DNA from: Lytechinus pictus
Lineage: Eukaryota
Direction: 5' to 3'
Length of the DNA stretch: 64,000 nt
Assembly: GCF_037042905.1 (NCBI RefSeq)
Contig: NC_087261.1
Location: forward strand, 18,662,001 to 18,726,000
The notes beneath the pieces were generated by a model, which searched no databases, was not told the origin of the DNA, and worked only from the letters and a program-made list of their open reading frames with translations. A program made the position numbers and the translations under genes. Shown piece by piece: positions 13,685-25,960 of this stretch (position 1 is its first letter; the number at the start of each line of letters is the position of its first letter).

Positions 13685-13769
13685 CATCCCGTTCTTAGTG
13701 TTCACTGCGATCCTTGATTTAAATTCTAAAACAATTAAGGCACGCGGTGAATGCCAAGGCTCGAGGATG
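13685..13769 (+). ncRNA. mir-124: microRNA mir-124 hairpin. Pre-miRNA ~13697-13757; mature 3p 13736-13757; star 5p 13697-13718.
   Basis: Exact bilaterian miR-124 mature sequence TAAGGCACGCGGTGAATGCCAA at 13736-13757. The upstream arm AGTGTTCACTGCGATCCTTGAT pairs with it (13698-13719 with 13733-13754, two central mismatches, 13-nt loop). Predicted Drosha and Dicer cuts give 2-nt 3' overhangs. Basal stem is CATCCCG/CGAGGATG; a CNNC (CATC) motif lies at 13776-13779. Confidence 0.97.
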
Positions 13770-15318
13770 AACTTTCATCCGGAATCGGCGGCTAACTTCA
13801 GTTGACATACGGGACATCGCTTTGAGAAGATCCCCGGATATACGAGGATTACTCACTCTTGTAAGAAACGGAAATTAATAAGTAATGCTTGGAATTCTTG
13901 GAATATTGAATAATTTATGTATTAAAATAGGGAATGACAATGCATTGTAATTGTTGGGTATTTAAGTAGGCATAATATTAAAAAAAAGAACATTAGGATC
14001 TTTTGAATTATGTATAATTCTGTGTTCGTGAAATAATAAAAACCTAATTAATGATACAGGTGATTAAGTTTTTTATGCACCTTGAAAATCACGCTTTCTA
14101 GCAATAGTTTTATTTTGTGCTTAATCTGATCCTAGGACCGCATTATTTACTTCAAGCATTAACCATTTAAAATGATTCACAGATTACTCTTCTAACTGTG
14201 CAAATAGTTTTCATTATCCGTCATTTATCAGCTTTTAATTATATATTCGATAGTATTATACTTGATAATTATACAGAGCAAACAAGATTTATCTTGTGCT
14301 CTTCTCTTAAGACATAGTAAATGTCTTGTTAAGTATCTCTGACTTTGTCATGAAAGTATATCCCCTGTAGAAATAGTTTATTACTTGTGTTGGTTACATG
14401 TATAAAGCCGCTAATGCCCCTTAACTAAGTTAACTATCGCTAGAACGAGGCAGTCACGATTGAGCAATTATTACCTCATGAAATATTAACTTTCATTGCC
14501 AGAAAGAATTGAAGTGATAACACATCTTAGTCTTGTACACCCAGAATGCTGACGTTGTTCAATACAAATTGCATTTAGGATTTTTTTTATGAAGTGCCGG
14601 TTCTTCTAAGTGATCTAGGTTTAGGGTTCAAAATTATTCTTGAAAAGTTTCTAGGGCTATTTTACTACTTCCATTAATGGTCAAACATATATTTTTGTCA
14701 TTAAAAGGTTGAGTAAAAAGACTTGAAACTTACCTTTTTTTCTAATAAAGAAATCGGTGAATATTTTTCAACCCTCCAACCTGTTACAATGCAAAATCAC
14801 CGAAACAAGTAATTTGATATTGTATAATAAAAAATACTTTCATTATTAATAATCAATAAAAGTAACCAAATAATACATCAAGATTGGCTTGTAACTTTTT
14901 TTTTCTTTTAGTCCAAATATTATTATGCTAAATGTGCTGGTAAACATGTATTCCACAGTGCTGGTGATAAAGAAAGTGACGTTGAAATGCGATGAGTCAT
15001 CACAGTAACTTTCTTTTTTTTTCCACAAATAAGTAAAATACAAAACATATAACTCATTTCAAAATAGTATAACTGATTACAATAAGTATAAACCAAAAAC
15101 GATATACAATCTTGAGCGCTACATTTAAAAGTGGGTGGACCTAAAACAAAACAAAAGTTTGTTGTGGATAGGCCCTTAACAAATATATGCACAATCATTA
15201 ACAGCTGGAAAGAAAAAAAATAGAGCAGAGCTCGGAGAAAGTATCAGAACTGCACAAAGACGAAAACAAGAAATGGTACAAACAACATGGATACACGGAT
15301 TAATAGACAATACAAATC

Positions 15319-15783
15319 GCCCTTTCACACGGTACCAAAATCGTAATTTGAATGATAATTCCAGTGAAAAATCATTGTAATGACGATTTTTTAGCACGTG
15401 TGAAACCAAACTAGAATCACGAACGCTAATTACAATCTCGAATTCAAATTCTATTCCGTAGGTGAATTCCAGTTAAGTTTCACTCACGGTACGAATTTTA
15501 CGTCTGAAAGGGTTGACCTCCAAACAACTTTTAAAGGGCAGAGCTTACGTGACCTTTCAAGCACTTCCGTAGAAAATACAATTGTCATGCACCCATGTTT
15601 TTTTTTTTTGCGACGCAGTGCTTTGATTTGGTTTGATTGACCAAGGACACAATACCGCCTTCGCTTAGGAATTCGAATTAAAATCACGGTTTTCGAGTGA
15701 ACGTGTGAATGGTACAATGATTCTAAAGACGAATTGCAATAATCATTACAATGATGATTCAAGATTCTCGTGTGAAAAGGCCC
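15319..15783. mobile_element. Non-autonomous DNA transposon (MITE), family A, copy 1
   Basis: TIRs GCCCTTTCACAC / GTGTGAAAAGGCCC. Colinear reverse-complement homology along its full length to 25961-26441. Confidence 0.8.
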
Positions 15784-17400
15784 AAAGAAACAAAAATGCG
15801 TATTGACAATGTACGAAGGATCATTCACATTTAAGTCAACCAAAGGAATATTTTCAAATGTCACTACCAGCTCCAGAAGCAGATTCTAGTATTACATGTT
15901 CATGTTGAGACGCTCATTATGCTCTCGTTCATGACGATCGGGGGCCGATGGAGTTGAATAAAATAGTATCTGTCATCTATTTTATTATATACAGTATCTA
16001 CCTTTGCCTCGGTTGGAATAATTTGTAAACTTCGATCTAGAAAACTGAAATAAGAACATTAACGTGATTTTCCCAACGTTTAATATTTTAATCACACGTA
16101 GGCTACACGCAAACACGTGCAGTATTCTCATCTATGCTTTGTATGATATAACAATGCTACTCACCCATGTTTTTTTTTACAATCTTTCGATATATTTGGG
16201 ATGGTTGGTGATACAGATTTGTACCGGCTTTGTAGACATTTCGCAAGCCTTTAAGAAATTTGATATAGGTCCCTATTGTCATTTCTTATGTCCGTACACT
16301 GCAAGAACTTTACATGGAAGCTCTTGAAACGTTTAAAGACCACACGCACATGACAAAAATATATCTCTAGTCAGTTCCCAGGTGGCACGGAACTTGAATG
16401 GACTCGATGAGATCAGTTGCCTAATCCGCAAGGTATCAAAGACAGTATCTGGTAACCTAGGAAGGGCTCTACTGCAGAAGCCCTTGGGAAGTTATCTTGG
16501 ACATGAATGGATATTTTGATAAAATTTTGTTTCCTTCTTTAGACATAATGGTTGGAAAAACATGTAGTCGTTTCATTCCACGTGCTCTTGCAATCACGTT
16601 CACTCGAGCTACAGCAAGAATGCTGCATCTCGCAAACATCCATTGCTAATTTCATGTTGTTTTTTCTTGAGATCCCCTAATACGAAAAGTGAATTTCGAA
16701 ACACAACAAACGGATTTGTATTGATTCCTATCGGGTTTCCCCCTCGTGAAATTACAAAATGACAAAATAAATTGCACGGAAATTATTGGTAATCACTGTA
16801 AACATCTTGGGGAATGAAAACCACAGAATAACAACGTTCAAAAGAGAAGTCGATGAAGATTGTTAATAGATCTGAACACTGGTGTCCATATAGGGGGTGG
16901 ACATGGCCTCAAAACGTTTCTTGTCCAAGAAAAAAAAAACGCAATTTCAATTTCAACCAATGAAATACGATTATTTAGGGTTTCGGCTTATTTATTTAGG
17001 TGTGTTTTTAAGAGTTATTTCTGCAACGGGCATCTTCGTGGCTATACGCAATTTGTTTTCTCTAAAGAAGCAGGACGCGTAAACTGGAAAGCGAGGAAGT
17101 GGTGCGACCGAGCTCCCCATTGTGGCGCTTTTGCTTATTGTAATGTGAAATTGAAGATTTCGTGAAGAATTTTGGTAAATAGTGTGAAAATTTTCAGTAA
17201 AAAGTATAAGTTTTAGAATAAATTTGGGGGTTGCAACTGCAACCCGCTGCGTACGGCCAAGAGCACCTGGAAATCAATTGAGATACTTTGACCTATTATC
17301 TTTTATCCGAAGGCGAATTTCAGAAGTATCATTGCCCGAATCCTGATCCATCCCTTCGTTCAAATTTTTTACTATTCTTTGAAATAATGCAGTAGACTCG

Positions 17401-17403
<3 letters not shown>

Positions 17404-17436
<33 letters not shown>
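17404..17436. repeat. (TA)n microsatellite
   Basis: Directly visible. Confidence 0.95.
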
Positions 17437-17440
<4 letters not shown>

Positions 17441-18628
17441 CATGAGAAATTGAATTAAACAATGAGAGTAGAAGAATTTATAATGATGCTAGTCAGGGAC
17501 TGCAGAACGATTATGAAATTATGAGGGGGTGTGCCGAGAAGGGGAAGGGGGGCTGAACATTTAACAACAAAAATCACAATCAGATGATAATGTTTGCCTT
17601 TCGGTCCACATTTGTCTATTTAAATGTGTGGAATATTTTGTCCACTAACAACTCCTCGAACTTATACTTGTTATTTATTTCCAATAAAATGATGATAAAA
17701 TAAAAGGAAATAAATCAGACATAACTATTGTAATTAAGATTTTTATAAGCAATTTTTCTCAGTGAGTATGGTCTGTCGAACTGTGGAATCTGAAAGATTA
17801 TTGGGGGGGGCTTACCATGCAAAAGGCACAGTCAATTAATAATTTTTAACGTTTTGTACACGTGTATTAATATAAATACGAGGAGAGGGACTGGGACACC
17901 CTAGCCCCCGGATCCACCTTTCGGAAAATGAAATGTCGTTCATAAGGTATCACCGCCTCTGAGCAAAAAATTAAAAAAGGCATTAAGTTTTGAGGCATCT
18001 ACTCTTGCAAGAAGAATTCAAAAGTGAATAGGAAATGGCTTAAATAAAACGCTTACACGGAAGTGTAATACGACATGAATTAACACACGTTAGAATGTTT
18101 ATAGTAGACGAATGAGGCATGGTTACAATATTTAGGTGGGTTTTAATGCTTCTTTTCCTTTTCAATGGGAGGTTTAAACTATAGGATGATGGACGGAAGT
18201 TACGTTCCAGATGAAAAAAAAATCTGGAATTATAATGCAATTTTATAAAGGTATTTCTCTGAACATGGCATCTGGAATACTGTAATTTCTATTTTACCGC
18301 AGTCTGGAAGCCGGCATATTTTTCCTATTACAATTATATGATCAATATTGAAGAACAATTTTGTATTAGGGGCTACATTAAAGACTTTGCATTGAAATCA
18401 TAAACAGGTCTTTCTTTAATCATTAAGAAGTGGGGTTTTTTATTCACCTGCATTGCATGCAATCAATACATGATGTAGGGCTTGTGCCCCTGCAACCTGT
18501 CACACCATAGATATTTTTGCATATTTTGGTAACAGACAAAGAAAATAATTAGATGGGAAAATTTTAGTAAGTTTGTTATACAATGACCGACGGACATGTT
18601 ATTATAGCAAGGCGCTTGCTATTTCAGG

Positions 18629-19117
18629 TTTTACTCCTTCAATTTGACCCTAAATAATAGCTTTCGTTTGTTTTCTAAAACAGCAAATATTATTTCATAC
18701 AATCCACTCTTAATCTATTATTATTCTTTTGTAATTGTTAATTTCTGCAGTAATAATTGAACTTTCTTCTCAGAAAAGTCACTGGCTCATAATGTAATAA
18801 CCCCCGTTACATTTATATTTTTGTACAGATGATATTACTTCAACGTCCTTTCATTTTTTTTTTTTTCCTTTTGAGATAATTCTTTATGATTATTATCCAT
18901 GACTCCGTTTCCTACAACTATCATTATTACCATCAACACAATGTTTCTTTAGAATCATTATCAAGCATACCGAGAACAATTCAACCCAGATTACTGTTTT
19001 ACTTATAGAATACATGTTTTCCTCCTTCAATTTGACCCTAATTAATAGTTTTCGTTTGTTTTTAAAAAAGCAAGTATTATTTCATACAATCCACTCTTTA
19101 ATCTATTGTTATTCTTT
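18629..19117. repeat. Spaced direct repeat of ~100 bp (18629-18730 and 19017-19117)
   Basis: CTCCTTCAATTTGACCCTAA...TATTATTTCATACAATCCACTCTT occurs twice, ~390 bp apart. Confidence 0.85.
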
Positions 19118-19695
19118 CAACGTTGCTTGAATATATCTATGTTAAAATGTTCTTCATGTTAAAGGTATATAACTTTAGTCTACTCAAAGTCTTTCCCCAT
19201 TCCTCCCTTTGACATTACTTCTTCCTCTGTATACAGTACATGTCTCTCTGCATCCCCTTTCCTATATTATATATTGACATACGTTGTTATTGTGCTTTTT
19301 ACTATTTGTTTGTTTGTTTACTGAAATTTTACTCTGTACAAATTCATAAAATTCAGCCTTTGGCTGCTAATTGAGTTTTTATCACAATAAATACCATTTA
19401 TCTATCTACGTTAATCCTCTTCAAGAACATCAGCTAAAACTGTGCGCTCGAAATATGTTTTGTATGTCACCGAGGTCAGATGGATTAGTTAAAAAAAGCC
19501 TCTTTCATGATTAAAGAGATGCTCTGACACATTTTGTTTCATACAAGTTAGAGGGTTATGAAAATAATTTATTGCTAGTTTGCGACTACAGGGAATTGTT
19601 TCATTGAAGCACTTCTCGGATGTTTTACTCGACGAGTTATACGTTTTATCCGACAGTTAACATAGGAAATGCGTTTCACAGGTTGAAACGCTCTT

Positions 19696-20058
19696 GGGCG
19701 ATTCCATGCTTGAAAAATCAGTCATTTTCACAACATTTTTTTTCAACGTGCTGTCCAAACATATGATGAACTTCAATTACTATTGTGGTAATGATAAAAC
19801 ACTACTGGGTAGTCATGTGAAAAAATGACAACCAATTATGTTTTCCATGGGTGAATTAGAGGTGAAAATGTTCTGTGTCCCGGACGACAGGCATTATTTT
19901 AACCTTTGCTTCACCCGTAATCCAATTTTTTTCGTTGTTTTTCACATGACTACCCACTATAACTTTATCATTGACAAAAATAAATTATTGCTCAAGCATT
20001 CAGCTGAGAGACTAGAATTTGTTGTCAAATGTCTCGTACGACACGTATGGAATCACCC
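19696..20058. mobile_element. Foldback MITE
   Basis: Termini GGGCGATTCCAT / ATGGAATCACCC and internal inverted match GGGTAGTCATGTGAAAAA / TTTTTCACATGACTACCC. Confidence 0.7.
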
Positions 20059-20299
20059 TCTTCATACTTTACAAGGTGCTAAGACGTTTCTGATAAAGTT
20101 TCCAGAAAATTGTGAAGTCTCCGAGTAGTTGCAAAAAACTCGAACAACACACCTTCCACTGCGACAGTCAGGCAGTTCCTGAGAAATCTTGGGATGGTTC
20201 GCTATCGGTTTCAGAAATCATTTTGGTTTTATTAGAAATCACTAATATTTCGCCGCAACTGCACGAGGCATCCTGACCAGCAAATGAGGGGAGGTCTTA

Positions 20300-20702
20300 A
20301 GGCCACCGCACACCTAACGGCTGGTCCACGATCGGAATTTGGAAAACATCGCATTTTGCTAATTTTCTGAAATGAAAAGAATATTTTTTATTTGAGGCTC
20401 GATTATCTGAAATACTAATATAATAATTTTTGATGATTACAAGTCTTTCTTTTGAGTTAAGGGCAAAATTTGATTGCTGCCAATTGTACAATTTATATGA
20501 CGTCATTATACGAATACATGTAGATAATACGCTTTTATTCTTAAAAGGATGATAGCATAGTCACAGATTTGCAGATAGGTATTCATACTATCATTGATGC
20601 ATTACACAGTAAGATATTCCATGTCTCAATATTAGCATCAAATTCTACTACGATTTATTCCTGAAAATTGTAGCAGACCTGTCGTAAGGTGTGCGGTGGC
20701 CT
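20300..20702. mobile_element. PIF/Harbinger-type MITE, family B, copy 1
   Basis: Perfect 16-bp TIR AGGCCACCGCACACCT / AGGTGTGCGGTGGCCT with 3-bp TSD TTA (20297-20299 and 20703-20705). Confidence 0.85.
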
Positions 20703-22379
20703 TTAGAGACGTCACTGCGAACCGATGAGGCATCCCAGACGGTTCACCGAGACGTATACGCGAATTCTAAAGAAACCGATTTGACAACTGATTTGGAAGA
20801 TTTGCATTATTCCGGTGAAACAGTTCTAGGATATGTGTTCATGAATTGTTTATTTTATGTTATGTATTGTTCTTTGTATACCAACAGGCGAAATACTATT
20901 TTCATGCCAAGGTAATTTCTTTTTATTTTGAGCATGACAATAAATTTTGAATATCTGAATATCTGAGTGGCAACGCCATGAACGCGTTTGTGAGATCCGG
21001 ACTTCTGTACATCTGCACACTCAAGTTCTAAAATAAAAAAAGTTAATAAAATAGAGAACGTCGTCTATCAATTATTGTCTGCTTAGGCATTTGAACCAGC
21101 TGAAAAGCAGAGGATTTTTTTTTAATTCAGGAATTCTTCCTACTCGATTCTTAGAGAGTAACAATATGGCATTATGTGAGAGGGTCGTACATCAGAAGTA
21201 GTTCTCAACGGTAATCGGATTATTGACAGGAGCCATTTTTAACTTTCACTATTCATTTCCGATGTTCATCCGTGATCAACCCCGAGTTCGTCGATCTTAT
21301 TTATCATTCGACCAGGCCCTTGAGGGCGGTCCGTGCCTCACGAGCAATTGTAGTTGTCAAATGTAGACGAGCGTGATTTTACTGCTCTCTTCTTGTTTCA
21401 TTATCTGATTTTAATTCGCTTGATTGTTGCCGACAGATATTTCACAGGAATGACAAGAAAGAATGTGGGGGCATTTTGTGTTGATGTCATGCAAAGGATA
21501 CATGCTTGATCGCCAGTGGTAACATCCAATGTGACACAGACACATGGCGGATTTGACAAAATTCATTCAGCAAAAAACAAGAACAATTAATCTTTTTATT
21601 GCATTAACATAGTCCATTTCAAAAAGGGATCCCGTTCACTTTTTTAAATGTTAGAAATACAAACCTCTGTTTATCAGATTCTGTGCATCCAAATAGCGAA
21701 ATAAAAGACCAAGCATTACTCTAGATTTCTCCGTTTGTTAAATGACTATTGTTGACATGTCCCCTTTTCGATTTTTTTTTATAATATTTATTTGTTTTCT
21801 ATATTAATTCAAAAAGTCAAATTAAAAAAAAAATCACTTCAATATTTAATGTGGACGTAAAGTCGTTTTCATTTTGGTTATGCGTTATTATGAATGTGTA
21901 TTAGTTTAATATTTGAAGCGGGAACTTGGCAGGACATTTGACTTACCCAAACAAGATATTAAAAGATGAGATAGACAAATCAATTCAACTAGCAAACCAA
22001 TTCAATAAGAAGAAAAAAATAAAATTCACTCAAAAACAAAAATATAGGTTTGATTTTTCTGTATTTGTATTTTAGTGTTTCCTTATACTTTCCTTCCAAA
22101 GTTAAACTTGTATAACTTTTTTTTTCTGGTATCTTTATCTGTTCTAATTGTACCTTCTCTCCCATTCTGTAATACTTCCTTTCCATCCCAGGGTCTTTTC
22201 TGATCTGTTCTGTGTCGATTTTACTTTTCAGCTTGATTTAATTCACTTTGTGTGTTCTTATTATCATTCTGTTTTAGGTCCACTTCAAATCTGCTCGACT
22301 TTTTTCTTTCTTTATATTTGTTATGAATATCCATTTTCTTTGTTTTACACTTTTTTTTATTCTAGGTCTCTTTTCTACC

Positions 22380-24913
22380 ATGACTAACCATCTATCTTTA
22401 TTTCACCAGCTCAGGAAGATCAAGCTGAAGGCCCTCAAGATCTCTGTTCACCAGGACAATTACATAATTTATTACCTCAATCGCATTATACCCACAGGCC
22501 TCCAACTCCATTGCACTCCCGGTCTCGGTACGCTCTCACCTGAACTTCGCAAACGCTGGAACCAGACCTTACATGGAGCTTCAGTTCGACTAAATAACAT
22601 TCTCTCTGAACAGTGTGTTGCTTCTCTTGATTCTCTTTCAGCTGACATCAGTAGCCTTGGAGACGAACTACGTTCTTGTTGTACCCACACCCAGTGGCTT
22701 CAGTATATGATGAAATTGAATCTGATCTCTCTAAACACAGGTCTCTCCTCACTGAACGCAGGAACAAGAAAATAGGCAACCTCACAAAGAAGCGACAACG
22801 GTCAAACAGATTTAGACGACATACCAACAACAATGATGCATCCCCCCATTTGGTTGTTAATCTCTCATCCTCCCCTCTCTCCCAAGCAGAAACCTCTCTT
22901 CTCTCTAAAGGGCTCAAGTTTCGCAGGACACGTCTCAAAGAGTTCTTTTTAGATGCACCCCCTTCTGATCCCGAGCCCTTCTACAAGAAAAGCACATGGA
23001 CTCCACCCAAGAATAGAGTTCCTTCCCTTGAAACTTACATTCAAGCTGTCTCATCCCAAGTTCGCTCCACAGATACCCTCGACATCAGAGCACATGACAA
23101 CCTTCCTCGAGAAGAACGCCAGGCTCTCTCATCACTCAAAACAGGTCCGACATCATCATCAAGCCTGCAGACAAATGATCAGCCGTCGTCGTTATGGACC
23201 GCCAGCAGTACATCGATGAAGCCATGAAACATCTCAATAATCAATCTCACTATGCACTCCTCGATTCTGACCCTACTTGTAATTTCTCCCTACAGATCCA
23301 ATCGACACTGAATGACATGAAAGAACACAAGCATCTCTCCGAGAAGGCCCACAAATTTTCCTTTAACTTTTACTAATGCTACACCGGCCCACTTCTATCT
23401 CCTCCCCAAGATCCACAAACCTGGCAACCTCGGTCGACCCATCCTCTCAGGAAATGGTTCCCCAACAGAGAACATCTCCCTCTTTGTTGATTACCACATT
23501 AAACCCCATGTCTCACGTGCACCCTCTTACATCCACGACACTCCAGACTTTCTCAGGAAACTAAACGACATCAAGGACCAGATACCCGAGACTGCGATCA
23601 TCGGCACTTTCGATGTTTCTTCACTGTACACCAACATTCCCCACGATGAAGGTATCCAAGCATCATGTGAAGCCTTGGCCGCCAGTGGCCATTCCAGTCC
23701 CCCCATATCCGATATCAAATCTCTGATGTCTCATGTACTAACGAAAAACTTCACATTCATGGGCAAGCACTACCTACATATATTCGGTACAGCAATGGGC
23801 ACCCGGATGGCTCCTTCATTCACCTGTCTCTTCATGACCAAGCTGCAACAGCAGATGTTAGATTCAGCCCCCTGTCGCCCATGGATTTAGTGGCGTTACA
23901 TAGACGACAATTTCTTCATCTGGACCAGGGAGGAAGATAGCCTCCATACATTCATTGACCACATCAATTCCTTCCACAGGACCATCAAATTCACTTCTGA
24001 TTTCTCCCAACAGGAAACCCACTTCCTTGATGTCACAGTCCAGAAAAAGCCTAATGGTATCACCACTAACCTGTACACTAAACCCACAGATACCACCAGT
24101 ACCTCCACCCATCCAGCTGCCACCCCCGTCACTGCAAAACCGGCATCGCTTACAGTCAATCACCCTCAGACTTCGCCGCATCTGCTCCGAGGACCCTGAT
24201 TTTTCCCTCCATGCCAGGAATTTGAAGAGACATCTCTGAAGATCTGAAGTTCTCAAACCACAAAGTGAAAAGGAGACTGACAGAATACCGCTTTTGACCG
24301 CCTTCCATCCCAATCTACCCCCTCTCCGTAAAATCCTGTGTGATAACCACCACATTTTACACACTTCTGATCGTCTCCAACAGGCCGTTCCCGATACTCC
24401 TCTCCTAGCATACCGACGCCCACCCAATCTCAGGGACCTCATTGTTCGTGCTGAAGTGCCCTCCCCCACTAACCATTCGTCTCTCACACAGCATGGCACC
24501 TTCAAATGTACCAGCAACAGGTGCATCATATGTGAAATACACATTCACGAGGGCGACACTTTCACCAGCAACTCTACCAGCCATTCTCACCAAACTAAGG
24601 GCAACATCACATGCACTACCACTAATGTTGTATATCTCATCACTTGCAGAGTTTTTAGGGTACACTACATAGGGGAAACCAAGACCACACTCAAGAAACG
24701 ATTCTACGGGCACAGATCAACCGTCAACACAGCAAAGCTGGACACTCCAGTTGGCCGCCATTTTAACCTTCCCAACTACTCCATCACTGACATGATGCTA
24801 CAGGGCATCGAATCTTTAGGTACCCGCCCTGACTCAGTCCGTACTAGCAGAGAGAAGTTCTGGATGAGACGACCCAACCTCATGGCCTGAACATCCAAGA
24901 GGGGAACGACTGA
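22380..24913 (+). pseudogene. PLE polyprotein pseudogene: N-terminal domain, reverse transcriptase, Cys-rich linker, GIY-YIG endonuclease
   Basis: Motifs recovered across frames: IIPTGL, VVNLSSSPLS..LLSKGLKF, FYLLPKIHKPGNLGRPI, FDVSSLYTNIPH (~23609), GTAMGTRMAPSF, WRYIDD (YIDD at 23897-23908), FLDVTV, LYTKPTD, LRLRRICS, YRRPPNLRDLIV, CTSNRCIIC, VVYLITC..HYIGET (24627-24681), RFYGH, GLNIQE. Multiple frameshifts, in-frame stops (e.g. TAG at 23888) and short deletions. Confidence 0.95.
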
Positions 24914-25306
24914 TTAGTCTTTTCCATCCACTTTCTATATATATATATATTTTTCCACCCTCAGCTCTTTTTAGATTAGTTATATTATAGTTTCTTCCTC
25001 TATTTTCCTCAGCTCCTATTTTTGCTTTCCACACTCAGGCGATATAATAATTTTTTTTTTTCATATATTTTTTCTCCACTCACCTCTTTTAGATTTACTA
25101 CATATTTATTTTGTTTAGTTACATGTATACTATAGTTTCTTCGTATACATTCCACCTCTCTCATATAACCTAAGCTTCTATATTTACTCTACCCTTTTAG
25201 GCAATATGCTTCTCCTTTTTTATATAAACATGTCTTATTTCTACTATATAGTATTATGGTATTTTCCCCTCACCCCTCGCGGATTTACAATACTAGTTAC
25301 ACAATA

Positions 25307-25341
<35 letters not shown>

Positions 25342-25775
25342 ATTATTTTTTTTTTGCTTTATCATTTATACTTATATGTCTTTTGCACATTATCAGTTGT
25401 TCCCCTTTCTTTCCTATTTTCCCCACTCTTATGCACCAGTTTATTATGCCTTTCTGTGTTACCTGTTTGACCCACCTCTCACTAATTCTCTTGTTATTCA
25501 TCTCTTCCTCATACCTCCTATCACTGTTTTGTTCCAGATCCTGTTTGATGTTGCCTGCCCAATTATCTTAATCCCTCACAGCTTAAGGTCTTTTACTGGC
25601 CTTACTTAAACTAACTTCCCTTTGTGTCTGCCTACTCCTTTGCTTTCATCCCCTTCTCTAACCTGATTGGTCATCACAACTCTCTAATGCCCTTTTTGTC
25701 TTCTTGTTTCTAGTGTTGCTGTTGTATGTATATGGTCTATATTGTGTTTGTTCCACTTTATATGTTTGTCATTTT

Positions 25776-25814
25776 GCCTCCGACTAAGATTCTGCTAGGA
25801 TCGAAAGCTTAGGC
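25776..25814 (+). ncRNA. Degenerate minimal type I hammerhead ribozyme at the PLE 3' end
   Basis: GCCT-CCGACTA-A-GATTCT-GCT-AGGATC-GAAA-GCTT-AGGC. Stem I GCCT/AGGC, stem II GATTCT/AGGATC, intact GAAA and palindromic AAGCTT in place of stem III. The CUGANGA box is mutated to CCGACUA. Confidence 0.75.
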
Positions 25815-25960
25815 CCCTCTCTAAAAACAAAAATAATAATAATTATATTTTATCAATTGTAAGTCAATTACAGCCCTATTGGCAAAATCTCAGAGCAAAA
25901 TAAAAATAGAATATCAAAATCATGACAAAGACGATTATCAGAAATTAATGCAAAGAGTAA

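Larger units (their letters stand above)
22045..25822 (+). mobile_element. Penelope-like retroelement (PLE), Neptune-type, decayed, with long pyrimidine-rich 3' region ending in a hammerhead motif
   Basis: Contains the RT + GIY-YIG pseudo-ORF and a terminal hammerhead-like motif at 25776-25814. Candidate 13-bp target-site duplication AAAAACAAAAATA at 22032-22044 and 25823-25835 sets the boundaries, which are less certain than the identity. Confidence 0.9.

Noticed and set aside
23864-24544. 226-aa minus-strand ORF
   Set aside because: Antisense shadow of the PLE RT/endonuclease coding region.
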